Positions 12,317-25,290 of a stretch of 64,000 nt of DNA are shown one piece after another; positions within the stretch are counted from its first letter, which is position 1, and every line of letters starts with the position of its first letter. Both the position numbers and the translations under genes were made by a program. The stretch is from Hemiscyllium ocellatum (taxonomy: Eukaryota): assembly GCF_020745735.1 (NCBI RefSeq), contig NC_083439.1, positions 7,888,596 through 7,952,595 of the forward strand. Direction: 5' to 3'. The notes under the pieces were generated by a model. It made no database searches, was not told the origin of the DNA, and worked only from the letters and a program-made list of their open reading frames with translations.

Positions 12317-13601
12317 GAACATACNNNNNNNNNNNNNNNNNNNNNNNNNNNNNNNNNNNNNNNNNNNNNNNNNNNNNNNNNNNNNNNNNNNNNNNNNNNN
12401 NNNNNNNNNNNNNNNNNNNNNNNNNNNNNNNNNNNNNNNNNNNNNNNNNNNNNNGAACAGATACACACCCAGGAACACACACAGGAAGATGCACCCACAG
12501 GAAAACACACACACACAGGAACACATGTATGCAGGAACACGCACCCACAGGAACAGACACATACACACACACACACATACACAGGAACAGACACACACAA
12601 ACAGGTACAAACACACACACATATAAACACACAGACACACACACACAGGAAGATGCACCCACAGGAAGACACACACACAGAAACACATGTACGCAGGAAC
12701 ACGCACCCACAGGAACAGACACATACACACACACACATACACAGGAATAGACACACAAACAGGTACAAACACACACACATATAAACACACAGACACACAC
12801 ACATAGGAAGATGCACCCACAGGAAGACACACACACAGGAACACATGTACACAGGAACACGCACCCACAGGAACACATGCCCACGGGAACACACATACAG
12901 GAATACATATACACAGAGGAATACACGCATCCATCAGAACACCCACAGGAACACACACCCACAGGGAGACATACACACGAGGAACATATATACACACACA
13001 CAGGAACACATCCCCACAGGAACGCACACACCAAGAAATACCCAGGAACACACCCACCCACAGGAACACACCCACCCACAGGAACACACACACACACAGG
13101 AACACATGCACACAAGAACACACACACACAGAGGAATACACACACACACACACATACACACACACACACAGGAACAGTGACTGAGGAACACACAGAGAGG
13201 AACACACATATACAGAACACAGGAACAAATCCACCCATACAGAACACAGAAGGACACACACACACAAGAATAAACATACACACAGAGGAACCAAGACAGA
13301 GGGACATGACGTAGTCATGCATACACACACATGAACACATACTCAGGAACGTAGACACACATGCACTGAGGAAGATAGATACATATACAGGCGTACACAG
13401 GACTATAGACACACAAATGCACACATAGCATATACACACAGGCACACACACTGAGCACACAGGAACAGACAAGCACACACAGAATACACGCATGAACATT
13501 GACATACATGCAAACATGCACATAGAAACAAGAACACAGGAACAAATATATATGCACACATACTCACACACCAAGAAACACACACTCTCACACACCAAGT
13601 A

Positions 13602-13645
<44 letters not shown>

Positions 13646-13860
13646 CTCCAACAACATGACACACCCACATGGGTTGCATCAGTTCAGGAAAGTAGTTCTT
13701 TAACAACTTCTCATGGATAATTAAAAAGTGTGGCAACAAATGCCAGTGACACAATGCACATGTGTACCCACACGTACACACATACATGCACACACACATG
13801 CTCACACACGTACACACACACAATCTACCCCAACGCACACACTTACACATGCATACGTAC
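12255..13860. repeat. Complex (CA)n / CACAGGAA low-complexity array
   Basis: CA dinucleotide matrix punctuated by caggaa. It generates the spurious Cys/Val and His/Thr ORFs. Confidence 0.95.
12325..12454. other. Assembly gap (N run) inside CA-rich repeat
   Basis: Run of n. Confidence 1.
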
Positions 13861-14394
13861 CTAAGTTTTAAATATGTTTGTAGTCAGTGCTTTTCATTTT
13901 GTGTTTTCTCTGTTACGTTTAATCATCTTTGTCTCTAGTTTCACCTTTCTCTCTTCAACCCTGATTCTTGCAGCTGCATTTCCAGACATGCCTCATCCAA
14001 ATATCGAGTCCTGAGCTGTGATCTCATGAATTAAAGGATGGAGTTTCTGTTGGAGCTCTTCCTGAACTGGTGGTGGATTCTAATGAAATGTTTAAAATTA
14101 TTTTTGTGTAACAGCTGCTGGAGAGAGGCAGACTCATTACTCCCTGGCAACGAGTGTTGCTAGGGACAGCCAAAGGGCTGTTTAATTTGCAAAAGGGTCA
14201 GCGAGCCTTCCAGTCAAAGGAATAGGTGACGATCAGCCTGGAAGAATGGATTGCTGCTAATGGGGAATGTTAGTGGCTGACAATGAGTTATTTATGGTGA
14301 CAGCCCATGTGATGACAAGATCTGGGGTGTTGGGGTTGGGGTAAGGACATGGGAGAAGTTGCTCAAGCCTTAAAATTGTTGAACTTGATAACTA

Positions 14395-15115
14395 CCCTCT
14401 GTCTTCTATGACCAAGCCAATTTTGTGGATCCTATGTAACTTAATCTTCTGGACCAGCCTACCATGAAGGACCATGTCAAATGCCTTGGTATTACATTCT
14501 CTGCCATATGCTCATCTTTGTCCCTTCCACAAAAACTCATTTGAATTTGTGAGACAAGACCTCCCCCGCACAAAACTATGTTCACTCTCCCCCTAATAAG
14601 TCCATTGTTTTCCCAAGTACAGTACAAGTAAATCCTACCTCTAAGAATCTTCTCAAATAATCTCTGTGCCACTGATGTAAACCTCACTGGCCTATAATTT
14701 CCAGGATTATCCCTGTTGCCCTTCTTAAACAAAGGAAAAATATTGTCAATCCTCAAGTCTTCTGGGACCTTGCCTGTGGCTGTAGAGAATACAAAGATCT
14801 CTGTCAAGTCCGCAAAGATCTTGTCCCTTGCCTTCTTCAGTATCATGAGATAGATCCCAACAGGCCCTGGGGACTAATCTACCTTAATCTTTTCATGACA
14901 CTGAATACTTTCTCCTTTTTAATGTCAACATGCCCTAGAATATCAACATTTCCCTCTCTAATCGTACCATCTTTCATGTCCTTCTCCTTGATGAATACTG
15001 ATGAGAAGTACTCATTAAAAACCTCGCCTACTCTCTCTCTGGCTTCATCAAAACTTCCCTCCCATGCCTAGGAGTGGACTTAACCTTTCCCTAGTGTTAC
15101 CCTTTTGCTCCTAAT
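14395..15115 (-). mobile_element. CR1 LINE ORF2 fragment (RT N-terminal part)
   Basis: ATGKVPEDLRIDNIFPLFKKGNRDNPGNYRPV motif. Confidence 0.85.
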
Positions 15116-15118
15116 ATA

Positions 15119-15291
15119 CAGAGGAACCTCAATTATCCGAAGGACACGGGTGGGGATTATTTCGTTCAGTTAATCGAATGCTGGATAATTGATGCCAGAA
15201 AACATAGTTAGCCATGCATCGGGACTTTGCGATCTTGTTCGGATAATCCGAAATTCAGTTAATTGAATGCTGGAAAATTGAGTTTCCTCTG
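15119..15291. mobile_element. Tc1/mariner-pogo (Tigger-like) MITE
   Basis: TA-flanked. TIRs cagaggaacctcaattatcc / ggaaaattgagtttcctctg match 18/20. Confidence 0.8.
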
Positions 15292-15304
15292 TACATATAG
15301 ATTC

Positions 15305-16940
15305 ATCGAGTCATAGAGATGTACAGCAGGGAAACATCCATGCCGACCAGATATCCCACCCCAATCTAGTCCATCTGCCAGCACCTGGCTCATATCCCTC
15401 CAAACCCTTCCTATTCATATAGCCATCCCAGATGTCTTTTAAATGTTGCAATTGTTCTAGTCTCCACCACTTCCTCTGGCAGCTCATTCCATACACGTAC
15501 CACCCTCTGTGTGAAGAAGTTGTCCCTTGGGTCTCTTTTATATCTTTCCCCTCTCAACCTAAACCTATGCCCTCTACTTTTGGACTCCCCCACCCCAAAG
15601 AAAGGACCTTGTCTATTTACCCTATCCATACCCCTCATGATTTTATAAACCTCTATAATGTCACCCCTCAGCCTCTGACACTCCAGGGAAAAGAGCCCAA
15701 GCCTATTCAACGTCTCCCTATTGCTCAAATCCTCCAACTCTGACAACATCCTTGTAAATCTTTCCTGAACGCTTTCAATTCCACAATATCTTTCAGACAG
15801 GAAGGAGACCAGATTTGCACGCAATATTCCAACAGTGGCCTAACCAATGTCCTGTACAGCCACAACATGACCTCCAAACTCCTGTACTCAATACTCTGAC
15901 CAATAAAGGATAACATATCAAATGCCTTCTTCACTATCCCATTTCTAGATTAGAGTGGTGCTGGAAAAGCAGCAGTTCAGGCAGCATCCGAGGAGCAGTA
16001 AAATCAACATTTCGGGCAAAAGTCCTTCATCCTGCTCCTCGGATGCTGCTTGAACTGCTATGCTTTTGCAGCACCACTCTAATCTAGAATCTAGTTTCCA
16101 GCATCTGTAGTCCTTGTTTTTATCTCACTATCCCATCTACCTGAGACTCTACTTTCAAGGAGCTATGAACCTGCACTCCAAGGTCTCTTTGTTCAGCAAC
16201 ATTCCCCAGGATCTTACCATTAAGTGTATAAGTCCTGCTAAGATTTGTTTTCCCAAAATGCAGCACCTTGCATTTATCTGAATTAAACTCCATCTGCCAC
16301 TCTTCAGTCCATTGGCTCATTTGATCATGATCCCGTTGTAATCTGAGATAACCTTCCTCACTGTCCACTACACCTTCAATTTTGGTGTCATCTGAAAACT
16401 TACTAACTATACCTCCTAAGTTCACATCCAAATCAATTATGTAAATGATAGAAAATAGTGGATCCAGCACCAATCCTTGTGGCACTCCACTGGTCACAGG
16501 CCTCCAGTCTGAAAAACAACCCTCTACCACCATCCTCTATCTTCTACCTTTGAGCCAGTTCTGTATCCAAATGGATATTTCTCCCTGTATTCCATGAGAT
16601 CTAACCTTGCCTATCAGTCTCCCATGGGGAACCTTGTTGAATGCCTTACTGAAGTCCATGAGATTACGCTCTGCCCTCATCAATCCTCTTTGTTACTTCT
16701 TCAAAAAACTCAATCAAGTTTGTGAGACATGATTTCCCACACACAAAGCCATGTTGACTATCCCTAATCAGTCCTTATCTTTCCAAATACATGCACATCC
16801 TGTCCCTCAGAATTCCCTCCAACAACTTGCCCACCACCAACATCAGGCTCACTGGTCTATAGTTCCCTGGCTTGTCCTTACCACCTTTCTCAAATAGTGG
16901 CACCACGTTAGCCAACCTCCAGTCTTCCGGCACCTCACCC
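15305..16940 (-). mobile_element. CR1 LINE, RT domain to 3' tail (interrupted at 15943-16124)
   Basis: SGVPQGLVLDPLFS, SKFSDDTK (YADD-type motif), WQMEFNSDKCKVLHFG, FFTQRVVRVWNELP; frameshifted. Confidence 0.92.
15943..16124. mobile_element. Short palindromic Penelope-related element (family A)
   Basis: Inverted arms, with a 12-bp TSD tcactatcccat at 15931-15942 and 16125-16136. Confidence 0.8.
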
Positions 16941-17099
16941 AAGAACACATAAAGTGGATAAATCCCCAGGACCTGATCAGGTGTACCCTAGGACTCTGTG
17001 AGAAGCTAGAGAAGTGATTGCTGGGCCTCTTGCTGAGGTATTTGTATCACTGATATAAAAGGATCTGAGATTCCCCTTAATCCTATTTGCCAAGGACAT

Positions 17100-18345
17100 C
17101 AAAATAGAGAGTATTATTCAAATGGGGAAAATCTGCAGAAAACTACAACTTAAAGGGATTTCGGGCAACTTGTGCCTGAAACACAGAAAGCTAGCAAATA
17201 GCGGCAGCAGGGAATTAGGAAGGCTAATGGAATGTTGACCCTTATTCCTAAGGAGGTCAGAATATAAGAGTAGAGAAGTCTTACTGGAACTGGACAAAGT
17301 GCAGGTAAGACCACTTCTTGTGTACCATAGCAGTTTTGGGCTGTATATTTAAGGAAAGATATCATTTCATTGGAGGCAGTTCAGAGAAGGCTGACTAGGA
17401 TGATCCCTGGTAGAGACAAATTGTCTTCTGAGCAAAAACTAACCAGGTTGGGACTATACTCACTGCAGTTTAGAAGAATGAGAGATGATCTCATTGAAAT
17501 ATATCGGATTCTAAAGGCATTTGACAGGGGCAATGCTGAGGCGATGTTTCCCCTCATGGGAGAGCTAGGTCCAGAGGGCACAGGCTCAGAATAAAGGGAC
17601 ACCAATTTAAGACTGAGAAGGCTCAGAAATGACTTACCAGGATGTTGCCGGGTTTGGATGGTTTGAGTTATAAAAACTAAGCTGGATAGGCTGGGATATT
17701 TTTCACTGGCGCGTAGGAGGATGAGGAGTGACCTTACAGAGATTGATAAAATCATGAGGGACATAGTTAAGGTGAATAGAGGGTTTTTTTCCTGAAGGTG
17801 GGAGAGTTCAAAACTAAAGGGCATATTTTAAACATGAGGGGGAAAGATTTCAACAGAAAATGAGGGGCAATGTTTTTACAAGAGAGTGGTTAGTGTGTGA
17901 AATGAACTGCCAGAGAAAATGGTGGATGCAGGTACAGTTACAATGTTTAAAAGACATTTGGATAAGTTCACGAATAAGAAAGATTTGGAGGGATGTGGGC
18001 CAAGAGCAGGCAGGTGGGACTAGTTTAGTTCGGGTCTAGTTGGACCAAAGGGTCTATTTCCGGGACTAACGTCTCTTTGACTCTGAGATGAGAAAGAATT
18101 TCTTCTTCAGTGGGTTGTGAGTCTTTGGAACTCCCTGACACAGAGAGAGGCAGAGTTCTTGTGAATATTTTAGGCTGAAATAGATAGACTCTTGATCAGT
18201 TGGGAAATCAAGGGTTATGGGGAATGGAGAGGAAATTGGAGGTGAGGAATGTCAGATCAGCCAAGATCCTATCGAATGATGGAGAAGACATGAGGGCTTG
18301 AATGGCTTAGATATGTTCCTACTTCCTAAATCATCTTATGGTCAA
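17100..18345 (+). mobile_element. Nested CR1 LINE fragments
   Basis: MEAVQRRLTRMIPG...LGLYSLQFRRMRDDLIEIYRIL, with a second CR1 tail inserted at about 17630-18085. Confidence 0.8.
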
Positions 18346-19485
18346 ACTCCCTTTGTTCTGCTACCATTGCCTTCTGTTGGTCAGACTCTTAAACTCTAGA
18401 ATTCTGCCCAAAAGACTTTCCTCCTTTCAGACTCTTCTCAAAAGTTGCCCTTTGACCATATGTATGGTTATAACCCCTTCTTTGGCCTTTGATGTCAGGT
18501 TTTAACCTTACTCCTGTACTGTGCACTCATTTGAAGCCCTCAATACATCAAAGAAGCTAAATTAAAACATGTTACTCTTACCTGCGTTGTAATAATGGCA
18601 GCTTTTAATCCTTGATTGTTAACCAGGAAAGTATGATTCTATTTCAAAGAAATGACTCCTGAACTTTTGAACTGAAAATGACCTTGCAGTCCAATAGCAC
18701 TAACAATCAGCTCCTTAATGAGGTAACATTATTAAACTCTTGGCAATGCTTTAGTTCCAAGGCGCTGTAAACACTGATAAATTGTGGAAGAACAAAGGTT
18801 TGTTTTACAAAACAAAAACATCTTTTCTCGCGGTGATTGTGTAGACGGAGGTAATTAGCTGTTGCTGGATGGTACAGAATCAAAGGCGTACTGGAAATTA
18901 AGTGTTTCACTTAACATAGCAATTATATTTAATGATGGTGTGTTACAGTTCACTCAGGGGTCCCAGTTGCTGTGGCAATGTGCACTTTCTTATGGTGGTT
19001 GTAACTGGAGCTATAGATAATGATGATAGAGGCTCCAATTTCCATTCCATCATACAAGTGACCAGGAATCTCCCCCACACTTACCAACTGCCACTGGGTG
19101 GTGTGTTGAAAGTCCAGCTGTTTGGCCACACTACGACCACAGCTTCCTTGGTCATCAGGTCCTAGAGTGGGATTGAACCTGGAGATCTCAGCTCAGAGGC
19201 AGGGACACGACATGCTGTGCCACAAGGCATTGCAATTACATAATGCCACAGCAAATTATTGATAACAAACAAATTACTTACAATCCCAGTTTATGAACTG
19301 ATGTTATTGTAACCACCTACATTCAGATTCTCATAAAATCTAACTGAATTTAGTTTTTGCATTAACTAGAGTCATTCTCCTCATATGAAGATGTTACGAC
19401 AGAACAGAAGTAGATTCTTTTTCCCTATGCCTCCTCCCAGCTTACTACATCTTATCTTATCGAAATTCTTTTCTGAGAAATTTGG

Positions 19486-19708
19486 TTAGAGACAAAAAAA
19501 AACTGCAGATGCTGGAATCCAAAATAGAGCAGCAGGTGGCTGGAAGAACACAGCAGGCCAGGCAGCACCAGGAGATGGAGAAGTCGACGTTTCGGGTCTA
19601 ATCCTTCTTCATCCCAGTCCCAAAGAAGGGTTACATCTGAAACATTGCCTTTTCCATCTCCTGATGCTGCCTGGCTTGCTGTTCTTCCAGCCTCTGGTCT
19701 GTCTATTT
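19486..19708. mobile_element. Short palindromic Penelope-related element (family B)
   Basis: Inverted arms ctggaagaacacagcaggccaggcagca / tgctgcctggcttgctgttcttccag. Flanking duplication tgagaaattt at 19474-19483 and 19709-19718. Confidence 0.7.
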
Positions 19709-20107
19709 TGAGAAATTTAGCACACTTGCCTTCATTGCTCAGGCCTTTGAGTATAGGAGTTGGGACATCAGGTTGAGGTCATACTGGACATTGGTGAGGC
19801 CTCTCCTGGAGTACTGTGTGGGAAGGATTGTATTAAATTGGAGAGGGTTCAGAAAAGATTTACCAAGATGTTGCCAGGAATGGATGATTTGAGTTATAAG
19901 CAGAGGTTGGATAGGCTGAGACCTTTTTCACTGGAATGTAGGAGGGTGAGGAGTATAGATAAGGTGAAAGGCAAGTGTCTTTTCCCTGGGGTGGAGGATT
20001 TCAAGACTAGGGTCCATTTTTTCAGGGTAAAGCGAGGACTGCAGATGCTGGAGATTAGAGTCAAGATAAGAGTGGTGCTGGAAAAGCACAGCAGGTCAGG
20101 CAGCATC

Positions 20108-21395
20108 CTCGCTGAGCTGTTATGTTTGTTTTCAGATGCTTCATCACCATGCTAGGTAACATCATCAGTGAGTCTTCAGATGAAGACCGGTGGTGAGGCC
20201 CGCTTTCTATTTATGTGTTTTTTGGGGTTTCCTATACACCTAGGGATACCTCCCCAGGTTGGTGGTAAAATTTCCTGTTCTATTTCTCAGAGAATGGTAA
20301 ATGGGATCCAAATCAATGTGTTTATTGATCAAGTTCTGGATGGAATACTAGGAATTCTCGTGCATGTCTCTGGTTTGTCCTAGGATGGATTAGTTGTCCC
20401 AGTTGAAGTGGTGTCCTTCCTCAGCTGTATGTAAGGATACTAGTGAGAGAGGGTCATAACTTTTCATTTCTAGTTGATGTTTATTGTATAGTATCTTTTA
20501 AGTTCATTAGCTGCTGTTTTAGTGTATTGGTGGGTTTTAGGGCTACTATGATGCCAAGAGGTCTGAGTAGTCTGGCAGTAATTTCCAAGATGTCTTTGAT
20601 GTAGGGGACAGTAGCTAGGGTTTCTAGTCATGTTGTGTCTGCTTGTTTGGGTTTGTTGCTGAGAAATCAGTGGGCTGTGTTCATTGGGTACCTGTTCTTA
20701 TTGAATACACGGTATAGGTGTTTTTCTCTGCTCTGCGTAGTTCCTCTTTGCTGCAGTGTGTGGTGGCTCGTTGGAATAATGTTCTGATGCAGCTTCGTTT
20801 GTGGGTGTTGGGATGATTGCTCTTGTAATTCAGTATTTGTTCAGTATGTGTTGTTTTCCTGTAGACGCTGGTTTGAAGTTCCCCATTGACTGTCCGTTCT
20901 ACCGCGACATCTAGGAATGGCAGTTTGTTGTTGTTTTCCTCCTCTTTAGTGAATTTTTGAACATCATGAACATCAACTTGCCACAAAAAGATATGACCCT
21001 CTCTCACTTATTATCCTTACATACAGAGGAGGAAGGATACCATTTTGACTGGGACAACACATCAATTCTAGCACAAGCCAAGCAGAGACACACACATTCC
21101 TAGAAGCTTGGCATTCCCACTGGAACTCTATTGACAAACATATTGATTTGGATCCCATTTACCATCTCCTGAGAAAAAGAATGGGAAATGACATCAACAC
21201 AGGAAACAACATCACCAGCTCAAGGAAAACCAAAAATATATAAATAGAAAGCATGCTATACCACCAGTGGTTCATCCAGAGGCTCACTGATGATGTTACC
21301 TCATATGGTGAGGAAACGTATGGAAATTAACCTTCCAGCTCAGCGAGCAAACCTACATCCAGAACCTCAATCTGAGCTACAAATCTTCTCAAAAA
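20108..21395. mobile_element. Penelope-like element, fold-back copy 1
   Basis: Minus-strand RT C-terminus EEENNNKLPFLDVAVER...SVYRKTTHTEQILNYKSNHPNTHKRSCIRTLF. The right arm is an inverted copy of the left 3' end. Confidence 0.88.
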
Positions 21396-21969
21396 AAAAG
21401 CTGTCTGACTCTATGAATTGGCTCAGGATTTCTGATTCTGAAATTCCTGTTTGAACTTGCGATACAGTCATACTTTCCTTAAATGTTTGGGTTTTCACAT
21501 ATTTGAGTTGAGAGAAATGTTTAAAGGTTAACAGTCATGAACATACACAAACATATGAAATAGGAGCAGAGTAGACCATTTGACTCCTTGAGACTGCTTA
21601 GCTGTTCAATAAGATCATGGCTGATGTTTTTGTGTTTCAAATTCCACACTCCCCTCTCCCCCCACCGCTGATTTCCAGCATCCTCTGCCTTACACATAAT
21701 GAACGTCTTGCCTCCACCACTTTCTGAGGTAGAGAATTCCAAAGTCACACAACCCTCTGCAAGAAAAAAGATCTCCTCATCTCTACCTGAAAGCCCCTGG
21801 TCTGACCCAGAAGAGGAACCATCCTTTCCATATCCACCATGTCCAGGCCGTTCAGAATCTCATGCACTTCAATCAAGTTCAAGATGAGTTTCTAAAAGTT
21901 TCATCAGTCTGAAATAATAATCAGAAGTAACTTTGTTTGGCCATTGGTGTGATTGTAAATGCTACCTTT

Positions 21970-22503
21970 TAAAAACTGAAAGAACTGCAGATGCTATAAA
22001 TCACAGACAAAAACAGATTTAGATTAGATTAGACTTACAGTGTGGAAACAGGCCCTTCGGCCCAACAAGTCCACACCGACCCGCCGAAGCGCAACCCACC
22101 CATACCCCTTACCTAGCACTACGGGCAATTTAGCTTGGCCAATTCACCTGACCCGCACATCTTTGGACTGTGGGAGGAAACCGGAGCACCCGGAGGAAAC
22201 CCACGCAGACACAGGGAGAACGTGCAAACTCCACACAGTCAGTCGCCTGAGTCGGGAATTGAACCCGGGTCTACAGGCGCTGTGAGGCAGCAGTGCTAAC
22301 CACTGTGCCACCGTGCCGCCCTTTTAACAAAGCAGTTTCTGCTCAGTTGCCAGATGTTGCTGGAAAAGCTCAGCAGGTCTGGCAACTTCCGTGGAGAGAA
22401 ATCAGAATTGACATTTCGGGTCACGTGACCCTTCCTCAGGGTCCTTCAAAGAAAGGGTCGCTTGACCTAAACTGTTAACTGTAATTTATCTCCACAGATG
22501 TTA
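21970..22503. mobile_element. Short palindromic Penelope-related element (family C), split by the SINE
   Basis: aaaactgaaagaactgcagatgct...gttgctggaaaagctcagcaggtctggca...gacccttcctcag plus a partial inverted arm. Homologous to 39345-40180. Confidence 0.7.
22017..22321 (-). mobile_element. HE1/V-SINE, young full-length copy inside a family C element
   Basis: Near-exact reverse complement of 5503-5790, with a (taatc)n tail. Confidence 0.9.
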
Positions 22504-24164
22504 TCTTGTAAGTCTGTCTTAACATAATTATATCATACGAACGCTAGGTTGGAGGAATGGACTGAAAATCTAGTCATAAATCAAAACATTCTCTAGAACA
22601 TTAAAATTCTTACCCTCCTGGGTAAATCTTTCCTGGTCCTGTTCCCTCCCTCTGTCCTCTGGCTTTCCAAGTTCTACATTTCTCTATCTCTAGCTCTTTC
22701 TGTTTGGAATATATAAGAATGGGAAATGACCTTATTGATGGAAACAAGTATTTTAAGTGCCAAAAACAAAAATTGCTGGACAAGCTCAGCAGGTCGGGCA
22801 ACATCTGTTGAGAGAAATCAGAATTAACGTTTTGAGTCTGGTGACCCTTCCTCGGCATTCTTCGGGGTTTGACAGGATAGATGTCAAAACATTATTTCCC
22901 CTTGTGAGAGACTCTAGGGCCATACTCCCAGAATAAGGAATCACACATTTAAAACAGAAATGAGGAATAATTTCTCTCAGAGGGTAGGGAATCTGTGGAT
23001 ATTACTTTAACCCCAGAGGGCTGTAGAGGCTACGTCTTTCAAGGCTGAGATGGACAGATTTTCAATCAGTCAGGGAATCGAGGGTTATGGGGGTAAGGCA
23101 GGAAAGTGGAGTTGAAGATTATTAGATTAGCCATGATCTCAGTGGAACTGACTCCATAGACTGAATGGCCTATTTCAGCTCCTTATAGTTATAATGTTTT
23201 GCGCTTCCCTCTCCTTCTGCCTCACTGTGGGAGGTCTGTGGAATTCCTTACACAAAGCTCAGCTCTTTGACCACATGTTTACTCGTCTTTTACAAAGTCT
23301 CCTTCTTTGGCTCAGCACTCAACTCTTCTCTCCTTCTTTGACCTTCACGATAACCTCAACTAACATGGGAATCGAATGCATGCTGTTGGTTTCACTCTGC
23401 ATTGCAAACCAGACAAGTGAGGTATTTGAATGTGATAACCATTCTTTTTTTTCTGGAACTGTGCTGTGCAATACTTATTGGAAACGATCAGTGTTTCTAT
23501 GAAATTTCACTGGCATTTGAACAATTATCCTTAAAACTTTCACCGTCATTAGTAACATCTCAGGGCTTAAATTCAAGAAACTGGAATTGAAATCTCACCA
23601 GTGTCAAAACTGATTTATTTGCAGATTTATATCAGAGGTTTACACAGTAGGACGTTACAGATCCTATCTCTGACCCCCCTGTTTATAAATTGAAGATTAA
23701 TGAAAATAGGTCAAGCTCAGTTTTAATACAAAGGGATGAGGCCAGATGCAAATCAGTGCTTATTTCTCTCTTTTCTATAACCTATTTAAGAATTTATTCA
23801 ATAAATGATAAAGAGCTTGACTCATCACATGACTTCACTGATTAAAGTGGTAAATATTAAGATGCCCTCATAATTGTTTAAACTTAACTCAGTAATGAAA
23901 TGCATTGTATTTTCTAATTTTATTTTAAATCAAATCCTCATTTTAATCCTGATCATGAAGAGTTTTAATTCCTTCATTACTCTGTGACATTTCCTTTAGG
24001 TATTTTCCTCTTCCCTGCCTTCTCCTTTCTTTTCTGAAGCCTGTGATTTCTATACTACCCCACTGAGTCTCACACACAAACACTCGGCAGGCTTTTGAGA
24101 GGCTCTTCAATCAACACAGAGAACAATGTCACAGCCAACAGTCCTATCTTTGTCCAAAAAGGAA

Positions 24165-24505
24165 GGACCTGCATTTGTGTAGCGCTTTTCATGACCACTG
24201 GATGTCTCTTTACAGCCAATGTAGGCACTATCGCAATGTAGGCAATGTGGCAGCCAATTGCACACATCAATGTGATATTCAACTGAAATCTATTGGAGTT
24301 GAACAAGGGAAATGGTGAGATCTCTTTTTCAATGTCCTGACATTCACCTGAGAGATCAAACAAAGCTTCAGTTTCATGTCTCACCAAAAGGACATCATTC
24401 TTTCTGTATCACCGGGGAGGGTCAGCCTTGGTTGTGCATCCAGGCCCTCTAGTACAACTCTAAAAGCTGGGATTCTGAGGTGAGAATGTTACCAACTGGG
24501 TCACA
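24165..24505 (-). mobile_element. Deu-SINE (SacSINE1/AmnSINE-like), degraded
   Basis: L2-type tail gcatttgtgtagcgcttttcatgacc and core cagccaattgcacac...cacctgagagatc. Confidence 0.6.
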
Positions 24506-24996
24506 GCTTGTGGAATCTCCTGTGTGATTCAGTCCCAATAAGATACCTCACTCATTCCTTGGTTAATGTCAATACAAAAGATAGAACCTGATAAATTCCC
24601 TAATGGTATAGCTCTCTGCAATTCAATAGAATCTGCATCTCTAACTCCACTTTCCACTCCAAAGCCCTCTTCATGTGCTGTTACTTCTCAAATCTTTGAA
24701 CTCCACTTTTCAACCAGTCAAATCAGCTTCCTCCCTTGTGGTTCCCGTTCTCCCAGGTCACATAAAATCATGCTTTAGGAAGGAGCCAATTTAAACAGGC
24801 TTCCTTGCATTAATGAGAGTTTATTAATTACTAAACACACGAAGAAGCAGTAACGCCACACACATTACACACAGTTTAGAAATGAATCAAAACAAAAGTT
24901 TTAAAAAATTGTGAATCAATTTCTGAATTCAGCAACGGGTAGACCACGGGATGCTGTGGCTATTACGTTAGTGGTGCTACTATAAAGGTGATGTTG

Positions 24997-25290
24997 CAAG
25001 AACACAGCAAGCCAGGCAGCATCAGGAGTCGGACAAGGCAACATTTCAGGTGTAACCCTTCTTCAGGACTCACCAGATTACACTCGAAACGTTGACTTCT
25101 CTGCCTCCTGATGCTGCCTGGCTTCCTGTGTTCCTCCAGCCTCCTGCCTGTCCCTCCTGATGCTGCCTGGCTTGCTGTGTTCTTCCAGCCTCCTGCCTGT
25201 CCCTCCTCATGCTGCCTGGCTTGCTGTGTTCTTCCAGCCTCCTGCCTGTCTTCCTTGGATTCCAGCATCTGCAGTTTTATTTGTCTCTGT
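24997..25290. mobile_element. Family B palindromic element with an internal 49-bp triplication
   Basis: Inverted arms; three tandem units at 25104-25250. Confidence 0.75.

Noticed and set aside
12155-13850. Long Cys/Val- and His/Thr-rich ORFs (up to 515 aa)
   Set aside because: Translations of a CA-rich repeat that span an N gap.
22420-22429. CLEAR/TFEB site GTCACGTGAC for CLN6
   Set aside because: It is the stem-loop II of a repeat-borne hammerhead, about 27 kb from the CLN6 start and downstream of the gene.
25104-25250. Possible CRISPR-like array
   Set aside because: Contiguous tandem units with no spacers, in a eukaryotic TE context.
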